Positions 39,213-54,100 of a DNA stretch of 64,000 nucleotides are shown here, one piece after another. Source of the stretch: Epiperipatus broadwayi (lineage: Eukaryota; Animalia; Onychophora). The DNA lies in contig JAQFVV010000008.1 of NCBI GenBank assembly GCA_028023455.1, forward strand, positions 7,998,001-8,062,000, in the 5' to 3' direction. The translations under genes were made by a program, and so were the position numbers. Numbering within the stretch: position 1 is the stretch's first letter; every line of letters begins with the position of its first letter. The notes under the pieces were generated by a model that saw only the letters and a list, made by a program, of their open reading frames with translations, made no database searches and had not been told where the DNA came from.

Positions 39213-41829
39213 GTAAGTTTTTTCCTATTTTTCACTCAATGTGTTAAGTAAAGGTGAAATAATATTGGCATCGCTAAACTTAATAATCATTACATATTTA
39301 CGTTTTGTGTCCTCTGTATGATTGGTATAAAGATGTTTATTTTTGTTTTGTGTTTTTTAATTTACCAAATCAAAAACTAGTGAAAGATTAATTTTTTAAG
39401 AAAAAAAAAAAAAAACAATATAAAACTTTTTTTAAAATTCATTTTTGCTAATTGTGGTACATTTCAACGTTTAGCATTCATAATATCTGTAATGGGTCGT
39501 TTATCTCTGTTCGTTGCAAATAATTATAACTAGTTCTTTAGCCATTTACAAAATTTGCATTTTGAATATTGCCGCCTGTAACTTTCATCTGTTTTGTTTT
39601 TGTTTAAAAAATATTTTTACCATGTCATTGTTTTGTATTGAAGTTTAATTTTATTTACGCAATTTGTATTTGTACAGCTTAATATTATTGTATTTTCTTG
39701 TATTATTCTGATTTAAAGGTATTTACGCTAGTTTTTTTTTTTTTTTTAGTTAAATATTGTCTATTGAGAAGATTTGTTCTTTTACTGTATTTATGCACAT
39801 GAATGTTGATCTCACACTGCTTTGTGAGAAATATATATAATATAATAATTGGGATATAGTTTATTTTAGGATTGTTATTTGAGATTTTTTCTAAATTGCA
39901 ATATATAAAAGACTTTTAATTTCTTTTAAAGTCCAGTTTTATGGGTTTTTTATATTGGCCATTAATGATATTAAAAAATATATACCATTTTATTTATATA
40001 CTTACTTTACCAATGCTATAAATTATTTTTACTAAAGCCAAATAATATTTGATTTAAAAAATTTGGATACATGTTTTGCTTTTCTTTTTTTTTTTTTCAT
40101 GACTAGGAAACAGTTTTCTCTTATCTGAATATTTTTAACTATCCAGAATCTTATATTGAAACTTTTATATTCAGAAGAGTTGATCTCATATCTAAAGTTG
40201 GTTATATTGATGATAATACTATTTTAGATAATCATAGAGTTATCAGAATTTGTTAGTTAATTTTGAAAATATTATAAACAAGCAATGTGTATTAATGCAC
40301 CATTTCTAATTATTTGGTAAAATTATAATAAATGTATGTGTATAACATTAATGCTATAAACTAAACAAGTGATTATAATAATTATTATCATTAGTAAATG
40401 ATTTTAGGGAAAAAATACAAAAGTAGGCAAAGAATAAAAACTGCCAAAAAAAATAAAGTACAGATTAGAGTCATAATTGTTATAATTAAAGAATGGGAAA
40501 TATATTTCACCAAACATTCAGTCTCATTGTCATGAGGATAGCATGATACTCATGACTATTAGAACTTGTATTAATCTAAATAAATGAAAATGGGAAAAGA
40601 ATGTGAGAAAAAATAATATATATTAATTTACTTTAAAATATTAATAATAGTTATTAACGGATTCACAATTAAGAAGGTGATAATTCCTGGGCATATTCCT
40701 TTCAATCTTTATACATTATTAACTTTATTAAAAATATAAATATGACAATTGAAAACTTTTTAACACTTTCACCAACTTTAATTCTAATAATGAATTGTTA
40801 AAATAAGTTGTGTTAAAAGAATAGCAAGCAGTGTTACCATTGATTAAATGATTTATTGCTTGGAAGTTTGTAAAAAAATTCAAGCACTGAAGTGATGAAG
40901 CAGAGCTACAATTCACGGATATTGATTTCCAGAATATGCCACTTTCTCTGAACTATATCAAGTAGATGTATATTAATATTGATATCCCTTATTCATTTCC
41001 AGTTATAAGTCATGATAAAATAATAAACATGTTTTGTTTGGTTGTTTTATATATATATATATATTTCTTTGATTATTTATATAGTTTATATAATATCAAT
41101 AACTTTTTTATAATGGACATTAAAATAATTATTTAAAATTATTTTTTCTCTATTAAAAACAAATCTATAATGGAGATAATCTTAAACTTATAATAAAGTT
41201 CAAACTATTTGTGTTGAATTTGTGAAAATTCAAGGTGAATGCAACTTTTCATTGGTTTGAAAAACAAATTATTACTTTAATAATAATTTTATCCACAAAA
41301 ATGATCCTCAAAAAATAGTGATTAAAGTCACTTATCTTTTTTTACATATAATTAAAAGCAAATTGAATTTTATAAACAATATTTGAAAATAAACTTATTT
41401 AATTAAAAATAAAATAAAACATCAATGCTTTTGGTGTTGTCTCTAAAAAATTTTATTTGCAATATTATTTCTTAGAATGTATATATATATCTGCATCAAA
41501 AGAATTTTTTTATGCAAATATTTTTATTTAATTTTTTTTTTTTTTTGAATTTGTGGGGTTAGAAATTTGTAAGTTTTTAAATATTATAACAGTATTTTGA
41601 AAGTTTTCACGGTTGTATTAGATAATGTAGAAATCATTCAACAGAAAATATTATTTTTTACAAAAAAAAAAAAAAATTTAGATGCTATTTTGGATGACTT
41701 TTGTATTAATAAAATCTATAATGTAATACTATCATAATGATAGCCATTTTATTGCTCAGTTGTAGTGCCTCATTATCTAGCTTATTATGTCCTGTCTTCA
41801 GGCATAGAACCTAACATAATTACATACAA

Positions 41830-43247
41830 ATCATTTAAACTTTAAATTTATTCAATCTTCTTTTACAATTTTGTTTGCTTTTCTTGGACAAAAGCTCAAT
41901 ACAGTAAATATTATGTTAATTTTCTAACCTAATAAATCACTATCATTATCAATCTATTGCAGAATGAAAGTCTCTCCCAATTCAATCCAGTTTCTCAGAT
42001 CTCTAGCCTTTCTTCTTCATATTATCCTAGCATACTCCTTATTTCATTCATGCATCTCACATATGGTCTCTTTATAGGCTTTTTATAATATCTTGGAATC
42101 CATTTTAAGATTTCAACTGTCCATTTATGATCATCTATTCTAGCCATATATCTACCTCAACTCTATTTCAGTCTTTTAATTCTTTCAAGGATATCTGTAA
42201 TATCTGTTTGTTATCTCACTCATGTATTTTGTTTTCGATCACTTCTTGTTACTCCTAACATATATCTCTCCATATTTCATTGAATGATATAAAGTCTCTG
42301 TATTGCTCTTATATTAAGTAGCCAAGTCTCATATTCTTAACTAAAGAACTGGTAAAACATATTTATTAAAAACCTTTCTTTTCAAACACATAATCATATC
42401 TCCTTTTAATATTAAATTATTTCTACCAAAAGCACTCCAACCAAATATAATTCTGTGATTAATTTCATCCATTATGTTTCCATTTATTTTGTAGTTGACA
42501 ACTTCTTCTAACTCATTATCACCTTTATTTTCTTCTTTTGAGAAAATCCATTACTCTAGACTTTTTTAACATTTATCTTTAGTTCTATTTTTTACTTTCA
42601 TCTGATAACTCTTGCAACATTTGCTGAAGTTCTGAAGCATTATTTGCAAAAACAATTAAATGTCAGCAAAATCTAGATGATTTAAATAATCTCCATTTAT
42701 TTTTATTTTCTTAACTTTGCATTTTAATTCACAAAATATTTTTTACAAAACTAGTGTAAAAAAAATTGGAAATATGGAGTCACCCTTCAGTATATCCTTC
42801 TCAATGTTAAGCTTCTTAGTATGGATTATGTAATCTAATGATTGCTGATGCATTTTTATTAATATCCTTCAGAATATGACAATATCATGTGTCTATATCT
42901 TGATACAATGCTTTAATCACTGAAGAAATGCTTACAGAATCAAATGTCTTTTCATAATCCACAAATCCAAAGCATAATGGCAACTGTCATTCATTGGTTT
43001 TGTACTAATATCACTTTTAACTTCAGCTTATTCTTTTGATTGATTAAAATACTGTAAACAAGATAGAATTATATTGGTAAAAAAATTTATATAGAATTGA
43101 TAAAAAACTGATAGGTCTGTAATTTCTAATATTTTCTTTACCACCTTTTTTAAATATTAATATTGAGATACTAGAATTCTGTTTTTACCATGATGATAAT
43201 TGTCTTATTTCTTGGCTATAATAATCCTAATGCTTAATTTATATTGC
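41830..43247 (-). mobile_element. RTE-clade LINE remnant
   Basis: Minus strand GILKGD (GVRQGD equivalent) and HLDFADI (HLRFADD equivalent), plus RTE C-terminal fragments. Confidence 0.75.
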
Positions 43248-43261
43248 AACTGCCTTCAAGC

Positions 43262-43535
43262 CAATATACTTACTTATAACTGTTATTAAAACAGACAAAA
43301 CTCTCCATACAGTATTGCTACTCAGTGCAAGTCAGAGTAATCAATATATACTATGTGCAGTGCTCTCAGATCCAAGGCTCCTCACTAATGAAGGCCACAA
43401 ACCAGAAACTAGTCTGGGGATATTGGACGAGTAGGCACTAGATGGGGATTTTTATGCACAAGCCTTCTGGCATCCATTGATTACTCTGGCTTGCCCTGAG
43501 TGACAATACTGTTTGGAGAGTTTGCCTGTTTTAAT
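43262..43535. mobile_element. R1 copy D (inverted 3' end plus direct copy with HHR at 43379-43420)
   Basis: HHR TCCTCA CTAATGA A GGC cacaa ACC A GAAA CTAG TC TGGGGA (G5>A). Exact 14-bp TSD AACTGCCTTCAAGC at 43248-43261 and 43536-43549. Confidence 0.9.
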
Positions 43536-43832
43536 AACTGCCTTCAAGCATACAATTTAACTTATATACATATATATGCTATGATAAAGTTTAACATCTA
43601 AAGAATCCATTTTATTTGTCTAGCTATAACTTATTATCATTCAATACCCATCACTCACATTAAGTATGATCACTTTAAGTATGATTCTATCAAATTTTTA
43701 TTAATTTTTCTACCCCATTATTTTCATATTGAAATTTCTCATGTTTTGCATTAACAGCAGTAATTCTCTCCCTATCACTGTGCCAGCAGAGAGTATTGGA
43801 ATTAGACATACTTATCTAACAGCCATTTTACT

Positions 43833-43872
43833 GCTCATTGATGAAGACCAGAGGTTAGAAACGAATCTGGAG
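43833..43872 (+). ncRNA. Degenerate minimal hammerhead-like motif (solitary)
   Basis: gctca TTGATGA a GACC ag aGGTT a GAAA CGAA TC TGGAG, with C3>T and a stem III mismatch. Confidence 0.45.
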
Positions 43873-44199
43873 TGCTTTTTGATATTTTCATATCACATCC
43901 ATTAATTATTCATGCATATATAAATGTTTCTAGAATAAATTATATTGAATGAATTACTAATATTAATGTACATAGTAAATCTAAGCTAAAAGAGTCATTT
44001 CATAGTTTATATTACTATTTCTCTATTTTTTCTAAATCTATTGTACTCCAATAATAGAGTATTGTATATTTTTTTCTTTTATGCATATATGACATATACT
44101 TTTTTTAACTATGACTCTCTTCTTTTATCTAATCTTTCTGTTCTTACCTTAAATAATAATACAAACTTTTATTTTCAGCTTTAAAAAAATATTAAACTA

Positions 44200-44826
44200 T
44201 TAAAACATCTGCATAATCATCATTTTCTTTATGCTTACACAAGCTGTTAAAACAGTAGCAAATTTTTTCTCCACATTAACACCACCTAATGCAAATTCTA
44301 GCAATCAATAGTTGCCATAAGCTAGGAAGTAGTCTGCAGATATTGGATGGTAAAGCACTGGATGAGGATTATAATGTACAACCCCCTAGCATCTATTGAT
44401 TACTAGAGCTTGCAATAGGTGGCACTATTGGGGGGAGGGAGATTTGCAACTACTTTTAACAACTTATGTAAGCATAAGGGAAAAAATGATCATGTGATGT
44501 TTTAATACCAATCCTAATGAATAGTTATTAAGTACCCTAAAGTCAAAATAATATGTAGATATTGCACTGGAATCAAATTTGTATGACTATATAGGCAAAG
44601 TAACTTGGTTTGAAAATATGTTTTTAGTTTGGGCTGAGGTGGCTAGTGAAGCTGTGCATTAGATCTAAAGATCCAAGTGCACTGCTTCCAGATTCAATGT
44701 CCTCATTAATAAAAGCCATAAGCTAAAAACTATTATGGGGGCATTGGATGGAAAAGCACTAGATGAGGATTATGATGCATTCTAAAATCTTTTGATTTCT
44801 AGAGCTTGCACTAGGTGGCACTATTA
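44200..44826. mobile_element. R1 copy E, older diverged subfamily (inverted arm plus direct tandem, period about 401 bp)
   Basis: 44200-44311 is the reverse complement of 44395-44505. gccataagcta recurs at 44314 and 44715. It shares R1 blocks (ttggatg..aagcactagatg, gcattagatc..agatc..gtgca, gatcatgtgatgttt). HHR decayed at about 44700-44740. No TSD seen. Confidence 0.75.
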
Positions 44827-46389
44827 TGAAAATAAAAGTTGTTTATTATATTTTTTTTGTTGTTTTAAAAAATATTTTTATGTCACATTAACTCATCTTA
44901 ATATACTTTTTATTCATTTATCATTTTGATTATCATATTGTCTGCTTACTATAATACTATCATTTATCCTGAGTTTGTGAAGAGACAATGAAATATATTT
45001 ATCTAATTATTTTGCATATTATATTTACTTTTGTTAAACATTCAATGGTCACTTCCATTTAAACCAAATAATTTTTCAATTTTATTTTTATCTATATGTT
45101 TTTATTCTTTCAAAATATTCTAATTTTAGAGGGGGGGGGAGAAATAGGATTATGACTATCTCATTTTATTTGTTTGTTTGTTTTTTTGTAAATATTTTTC
45201 ATTTCTTGCCAAAAATGTCAATGATTCAAATTTAATCTAAACTTTATATCATATCTCTAAAATTTGATTTTTCAGTTTACAGCATAATGTGCATGTTATG
45301 TTATTATTTATATTAATTTCTAAATGTGTATACTTCTCCACTTTCCTATGATTTTTTTTTATTATTATTATTCATTTTTCTCATTTTCCAATTTATTCTC
45401 CACCATTCTCTTTGGTTTCTTCAATTTAAATCTAATAGCTATTTTTTTTTTTCTGATTTTCTGAATACAAGTTTAGGGTGAGATTTGTGCATTATTTCTT
45501 TTTTTTTTTTGTAAAAGAATCATATTGGCAAAAAATAACTAAGCAATCTATATTTGGTTATATTTTATGCTTCAATATTTCGTATAGTTTATTCCAATGA
45601 TTTATTTTATAGTTTTCTAATTAAATACAATATAAATAATATTTAATAATAATAATAAAAAGAATAGTTCTGTTTCAGTCTTATGTTATTAGATCTATGC
45701 TTTCATAGTATAAATTTTCTAATATCTATAAGAAACCTTTTCTCCATTTTATTTTATTTACTTTACATCACTTCTAATTAAATCAATGTCTCCAATTCTT
45801 TTATCCCTTAATTTTCTCCATATATTTTTTTCTAGTATTTTGCGATTGTTCATTATTTGATTTTATTAAATGTATTGAGATTTATATTTAGTTGACTTAA
45901 GAACTGAAATACTATAATTGTCTTTATGTGTTTACATATTAATTCATTTCATAGTATGTTTACATATTAGTTCATTTTTTTATTATTCATATGTATTTTA
46001 GCTTCTTTTTTTTAATATGTAAAAAATTGAATTTTTAAAATATGTACTTAATACTTATTAATATTTTTATTTTCACATTTTTTCTGAATTTATTAATCTG
46101 TGTCTCTCTGTCATTTATATATGGGAGTTACCTAATATTTATCATTCCTTTTCCTGCAAATTTAATGGTATGAATAATTTGAGAAATTATATTTTGATTG
46201 CTAATAATGCTCAGAAAAATTTAAAAATGAATATAGAATGAAAAATATAGAATGTTTATACAATAAGTTTTGATTTTATTACCAAATGAAATTTCCCAAT
46301 ATTGACAAATATGAATTATTGTTGCCATATACTTTATATAAAATTCTGTATAAATAATAAATTGGGGTTTGTTTGTTTGTTTGTTTTTT

Positions 46390-46421
<32 letters not shown>

Positions 46422-47211
46422 TAAACTTATTTAAGGATATTATTTGAGATGTTGTTGTTTTTTAAAAAAAAATAAGAATAAACTTGTCAGTTCTTATTAA
46501 ATTAAGATCTGAATCAAGAAAGTAAATTTGTTATGTTTTTATTCATCTTTGATTATTGTCTGGGAAAATATGGGGAATTTTTCAGAAAAAATCTCTTGGT
46601 TTTTACCATTTTCAATGTGAAACAGAAACCAACAACCAAAAAGTAATAAAAAAATAGTTTAAATCTAGAATATTCTAAAATAATCATTTCAAAATATTTT
46701 TAATAATCTTGTTTTTAACATTTTACTGTATTTTAAGTGACCATTCTAGAAAAAATTTAAATCTTTTGACCATCAAAAACTGCCACTTCTATCCTCTGTT
46801 TAATTAATGTCACTCAGTTGATTAGACAGAAATTTTTTATATATATATATTTTCATTAATCATTTTAAAGTTATTGAAAAGGAGGAAAGCAAATAGTAAA
46901 TGATTGGCTAAGATGAAAGAATTTTGATATTTAAATAATATAGTAAAAATGTAAATAAACCTTTTTATTAAATAGCCAACTGTATAGCAAATCAACAGTT
47001 TTTCATAGAGAACCAATGAAGAAGATAATAATGACCAAACTTTCCAATTGTGAAATAGTGAAGGTTTAAGCATTTTTTCATCCTTGTTCTACTCTCTCAC
47101 TAAAAATGACTAGATATCAATTCACTAACCAATATTAAATGATTGGGTGGATTGATTATGGGTCAGAACTAAAAGAAAAAGTCTTTGCTTTTTGAAAAAA
47201 AAAATGTATTT

Positions 47212-47278
47212 GGCTTAGACTTGAATCCTATGCCATAGGCATTGTCAGTGGATAATCTATCTCTATACCATGAGACTC
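47212..47278 (-). mobile_element. tRNA-derived SINE head remnant
   Basis: Minus strand TGGTATAGAG (A-box-like) ... AGGATTCAAGTCT (B-box-like). Confidence 0.4.
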
Positions 47279-48289
47279 TTTATAAAGGAATATATTGAAT
47301 TTTATTATGCTCAGGTTTAAACTAAAATCTTGATAATATTTTGTTTATGAATTCAATATTAACAATCTTTTTCCAGAATCAATTAATTATGAATAATTGA
47401 GACTTCATTTTTTCAAAATTTTACATTTTCTCTATGTTATTTAATCTTATTCCATTTTTGCTTTTGCACTATTTTTTTTATATATTGTTATATTTTCCAA
47501 TATTCATTTATTTTTACTATCCCCATTTCCCATTCCTCTCAATTGTCTTTCTACCCTCTTTTTTGTATTTTTTTTTTTAAATATTTCACATATGTATTAA
47601 ATGCTATTAAGCATACAAATAATTTATATATAGCTTAAGATTTATGTTTAGCATAGTATATTTTGCAGTTTAGAATATAATTATATTGTCAAGTGCATAT
47701 TATATAAAATATTTAAATTTTTTTTTAAATTTATACTACACATGGAAATTTATAATTTTTATTCATTAATTTATTTATTTTTTTTACTAATAAATACTTA
47801 TAGCACTTCCTAACTTTGTGTGTGTGTGTGTGTCATAATCCATTCCTTTGTCAATTATCAATTTTGTTTTTTTTTTTAAAATACTTTTTTTAAGCCTATT
47901 AATTTTCAACTACAATGATTTTGTTTAGTTTTCCATCATATATATATAAGGATATAATTATTAGAACTTTTTTCATCACAACTATCTTTCTAAAACTAGA
48001 ATTACTTACCATAACACTCGTATAATAATATTATTTATCAGGGGATTTTAGGGTAATCAGTTCTACTCATCAGTCAGGGTGGATATAAACTCTAATGTTT
48101 TCAGAAAGATCTGGTTATATAATTATGTATTTATAATGGTGGTTGATTAGTATCTAACAATGTTTACAGCCCAGCTATTGAGTGTTTGTTGTTGTTGATG
48201 GCAGCTAAGAAGTAAAACATTACTGCAGTTAATATTTAAGGTATCAACTCAGTATTTAGACTTTTTTAATTTAGAAAATGGATATACAA

Positions 48290-49980
48290 TCTCCCTGATG
48301 CTTTCCTCAACAGAACTTGATCTTAATCCTACTCCTTTCTCTGATTCCTCTGGACAATATCTCCTCCTGAATCTCAATGAACTACAAATCACAGCCATTC
48401 ATTTGCATAAAAACATTCAAGTTCTTCTCTCCTCATATACCACAGAGTTTTTATTCTCTGAAACATATATGTTGTGGAAATTGAAACAAATAGGACTTTA
48501 TCCAGTTCAAACGTACCTCACCTTAATACATATAATATTATTCAATATCAACATCTCACATGTAGTTCACCTCCACCTTCCCAATTTCTGGCATATACAG
48601 ATTATACTAATCAAGCCTGCACATCATACACATTAACAGTTACACATACTTTCCCAGGCTTATCAAAAAACCACCAACCATCTTAAAGAATATCTTGTCA
48701 TTAAGAAAAGAAGGATTTATTTTACTCATACTCATCAACACATGTGGACCTGGAAATATATCTGCTGAACCCTGGGCCACCTATCAACACTAAAAGTCCC
48801 TACGGCACTCCAAGTTGATGGTAATATATGTGCAGGCTATAACATTATTAATTCTATATACCAATATTTAAAACAGAGGTTACAAATCCACAATGCATTC
48901 ACATTACCTTCAGACTTATTTGTATCACCTGATACTGATACCCCATTCCAAACCTATAATTTGCTGACAAGTTTGCAATCAGAAGTAACTTGTGTCACAC
49001 AGGTTCTAATGGAATCCCTGCTTGTGTTTTCCCATCTTAGGCACTTTACTACCTTAGACCTCTATGATCAGGTGAATTATCTGTCCCAAAAGTCTATATC
49101 CAATCTCAATTATATCATTTACCAGAAAATTGGGCTTAACCTCTATTTTTCCAATCTTCATCCAATTTCCATGAAGCCACTAGGAATTAAGATACTTGGA
49201 AAAATTTGTTGTAAAGGATCATCTAGAGTCACATATACTTCCTCTAATCTTCAATGTGCAGTTTGCAAAAAAGATTCTACCATTCAGACTGCTCTGATGT
49301 TTAAAATGGTCTTGAACTGAGTTCAAGACAAAAAATATGCTCTAATTTCAGTTCATCTAGATATAGTCTGCATTTGACTCTGTATCTATTCTCATTCTGA
49401 TTGATATGCTAGCTAACACTACTATTTTAAATACTCTGTTTTACTTAATGATTAACTTACTACAGAGCAGAGAGATATATATCACTCCCAATGGGAAAAG
49501 TTCACCATCATTCACTCCTATGCAATCTATCTTTCAAGGCTCACCTCTTAATGTACTGCTCTTCCTTTTCTACATAAATCCCCTATTAAAGCATAACCAA
49601 CAAACATTTTCAGGCATCCAAATTATACATATCAATATATTCCGTACATAGCATATATAGATATCATTGTCTTATGCCATCTCATAAGCATTCTCAATCA
49701 ATATATTTCCATGTATAAACTTAGATTTAACATGAACAAAACACTGTATCAGTAAGAATTGTTCCTCCACATAACAAAATCTAGAACCCAGGCAAAATGT
49801 ACTAAAGCTGATCGAATCTGGATGCTGGGATCCAGAATCCGGCCAACATTCAATTCTTTTACCCCTGCTCAAAGATCTTATACTCTATGGATGACATTTC
49901 CCAAGTTACACAGACATTCAATTCAACCTCGGTCCAGCAGTCACCTATGGTGGTGGTACAAGAGTCTCATAAATTAACTA
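48290..49980 (+). mobile_element. L1/Tx1-clade LINE ORF2 remnant
   Basis: ISMKPLGIKILGKI (PISLL..DYKIL.KI equivalent) and YITPNGKSSPSF..MQSIFQGSPLNVLLFLFYINPLL (VNG..S..F...RG..QG.PLS.LLF...IEPL equivalent). Confidence 0.75.
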
Positions 49981-51199
49981 ACTTAACACTGATTTGGTCA
50001 GATATACACACATATGACTAAGTGAACTGCTAATATAATAATGATTAATTATGGAATCTAATAGAATGATCTACATATAGATATAATGATGTATGTACAA
50101 ATAAATCTAGAGTTGGATAAAAATGAACTCACAGACAATAAAGATATGAAAACGAGTTATATTTTAAATAATATTAATTTAATAAATAAAATAAAAGATA
50201 GTAAAACTAAAATATACAAAATTATGTAATTGGAACATGAAAGATTATGCTTGCAGGCATTACATAACTAATGAGATTAATGTTACATGTTATCTCATCA
50301 TAAGTGTTCAATAAAGTGTAATGCGGTATTTAAGTTAATGCCTATATTAATATGCCAAATTTCTAGCTCTTGTGTAGTCTGCTAAATCATATGGAACTTA
50401 ATAGCCACAGTTATATAATTAATTTAATAGAGCTCCTATGGCATCTATCTATATCAAGTTAAGTTGAGCACATAATCAGGCTCAGAGATACGCAAGTTAG
50501 CATGTTAACCTAGATTAGGATATACACTGATGCTGGATAAGCGTTTGATATAAAGGGAGAGAAAAAACTAGTTTATTATAGGTTTACCTATATACTGAAG
50601 CAGTCGATGTCTGATCATCATTGAGCTTCATGCTTCACCATCAACACTAACCTCCTGCAGGGCCCACAATTTAGACCTCACCATATATAAATGCCATTCA
50701 ACCACACACTATAGGCATAATTATCCAAGGAATTAATAAAATTATTTAGCAAAGTAAAACAGTAGTGTGTGATGCATATATATATATATATATATATATA
50801 TGAAAGAAGCAATAATTCTATTAATATTTATTGCTGAAAATTAGATGTTCTTATATAATTATAAATATCTTTTTATGTGTGTATTTAATTAAAGTATGGA
50901 ATGTAAAAACAAGGTAAAATGGGGAAGGCTTGAAATACTGAAATTATCTTTATCTATAGTCAGACTGTTTTCATTAATTAAAATTGTAATATTTAAAACA
51001 GCATTACTCTGTTGCACATGCGCTTTGAAGATTTTAACTATAAATGAATGAATACTAACACTTAACCACATGATAAAGTCTTTGGAAAAGATAGAATTAA
51101 AATTATAAATCTTAATTAAAATTCTTTTGTTAGTTGTTTTCAAATCTTTAAAAATATATCAAATGGTATTTCGAGCCTTATCTGTTTTAAAAATATTTT

Positions 51200-54100
51200 A
51201 CTAATTAAATGTTGTTTTTTATTTAATCGAGAGATTACAGAGATAGCTGTGGGCAACTAAGATTGCTTTCTTGGCAGGATTAAAATGTGTATAAAAGGGG
51301 CCCACAGAGCAAAAGAAGTCAGTTTTTAGTTAATTTTCAGTTGGTTACTTTCAGTCAGTTACTTTCAGTTTATTTTGAGCTATTTGAGTTACTAATTGAA
51401 CTTTGAATTAGTTAGTAACTTATTTCAGAATGTGAGTTAGTAGTGTTCCAGAAAAATTGATTGATCATTCCACTTAAGAAGTCAGGAAAAGTCAAGCGCT
51501 ATGAAGTTTGAGTAGAGGAACCTTTCACCTTTCTCTTCTTCTCTCAGAGAACTGTATGCCTGCCGCCATGTTCCATCCATCTGACCGGCTGTATATGATG
51601 ACCCAAAGGATTGACTGTTTATTCTACATCTACTTGCTATGCGGAGGTAATCTCACTTAATGTAGAGCTGCCTTAATAAGTAAATCCTTTTGTAATATGT
51701 AGTTCAACCTTTGTATTTTAATTCATATATTAATTTATAAGTTTCTATTAATTATTCTCTTGAACTCTCTTTTTCTCTCTCTCTGTAATCCCTTACTAGT
51801 ATAATGTAGTTCTCATTATGCCCTTTCATTCTTAATTTATGTTATATAGCTTTGTGCAGCTCAATTAAATATTTGACTTATTTTGTTTAATATATATATA
51901 ATTCATTTTCTTTAATATGCCAATATCAGTCAACCTCGCAAGTCTAATAAGGGTTTATTTTCTTTGTTTAATGGGGAAAGAAGCAGTGGCTTTAGTTAAA
52001 TCTATTAATAAAGTTTTGTTTATTTAAAATTGAAATCATTCGCTAGGTTGGTTTTATATTTAAATCTGTTATTTACATTTTTTTATCTAAAATATTTTAT
52101 TGTGGATGCATATTTTACTTTGTTATTTGAATTCGTCTTTAAATCTTATTTTAAAAGATTGTGAACCTTCACATAATTAATCCATTCCTTCTTGCTTTGC
52201 CCGGAGGGCTAATTCTATCAGTTAATATGTATATGGGAGTCGAAATGAAATATAAAATTTTGTTAGTTTAATATCTTAGTTAAAGAGTTATTTTCCATTA
52301 TAATTTTCTGAATGATTCTTTATTTAAATATATCATTGCGCAGGAGTCAAACCATTTACAGGCTTTCAAATATAGTATATTAAGTTTATTGTACATGTAC
52401 AATGCTGCTGGCATACCTTTCCTTTCTCTTATGGTACTTCCACATATATTTTTTTTATTCCTTTGTCATTGGGGACTTTGGAAATTCAAAGCTCTCGGTC
52501 TACTTTTCAAAATCATTCATAATCAGGGATATACTCTACTCCCTGTGGAACGCAAGGTTTATAGGGTTTTGATTGTGCTGTGGACCTTCAAACCAAACTT
52601 TTCCATTCGATACTGTGCCATCGAAATGGCGGACATATCAACCCTCATTCATCCTCAAGAATTCAAAGTACCATAAGATCCATATTTCTCTAATGGCATG
52701 CTAGCATTGTTATTGTTTTAGTTAATAGATTTATGCCTGTTTGACCTTTCATTAGATGTTGGAAATAATGACTCATTCATGAAATGCGCCAACATGCTAA
52801 TTAGTCAGTATGTTGATTTTAAAGCTGCTTTCTTTTAAAATATTTATCGATTCCCATAGATGTAAATCAATTTATATTAATGATTGAATCATGTATTCTC
52901 ATAAAGGTAGCACATTGTTTGTTTCTTATTTATAAGTTCCAAAGACATCTTCTCTAAACAATGCCAATAAAAGTATATATAATGATTTTCATAAGATAGA
53001 TAAGTGATTGAGATCATATATTTTGCATGTTTATTAAATCATTTACTACTAAACCTGTCACGATCTTTTATATTTATTTTAGATATCCACAACAATCTGT
53101 TAAAATGTTATTAAATTGGCATATCAACTCCGCACAAGTTATAATACATTCTATAAAATTATATTCATTAAATAATTAATGTACAGGGGATTTTATAAAA
53201 ACAAATCCCAAGTTTTGTAAATAGACAATAATCATTCCGAGCGTGAAACCTTTTGTAACATATATATGTGTTTTCTCAATATTTTAGTAAATATATATTT
53301 CATGTAAATCCTGGTTTGTTTTCTAATTAGTATTTAGAATTATTTTCATTCGCTAATAACTTAGCATTGATAAATATAACTTTAATAAATGTAATTCTTG
53401 GGCTACTCTTATCTCGATCATCATCATCAGTCTGATCTTATGCTCTACCCCGGAATTAAAATAATTGGGCTGATCATCAGGATTGTTGTTCATTGGGTCA
53501 GAGACTCGAAGAATAGGCAAATAGGTTAGAATTCAGGATTGCTCCTGACCTGTGTATCTCGAGCATGATCGGATTCGAGGTACTTTTGCTTAGGATTTGA
53601 ATCTTGTTAAATGAGCATTCTGTTTTGACCAGTACAATATTCTATGGCACATATTAAAATATTTATAAAGCTAGAAGATGTGAATGGGTCATTATTCACA
53701 GGCTTCAGCATCAAATGCTCGGTTGCCTACAACCGAAACAACTTTCTACAAATAGGAACCTTAGTAGTTCAGGGAGTCGGATAAGCATTAGTTATGAATA
53801 ATCTGGATTCTTGTGCTCCAGTTCTAAAAGAGTATGCTTTAGCCAAACTAAGTGGCTAAGCATGACCTCCTCCAGCAACTCATCAAGAATCATGCAGCAA
53901 GCAGTTAATTGAACATTCCATAGTTAGTAAGGACACATCTGCAGCTTATACATGTCTTAGGGTGCCTTAAAAATAGATAGCATCTATTTGCATATCTATA
54001 CAATCCAGTTTTCAAGTTTAGTATATTTCAAATATACAATTTAGGGACTAAATTAATTAGTAACCTAGTTTAAGATTATCACCTGCATTTCTAACATATA

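Noticed and set aside
38936-39247. ORF-track 103-aa ORF taken as a complete protein
   Set aside because: It starts at a non-ATG codon and reads through a GTAAGT donor. The real coding part is 38969-39212.
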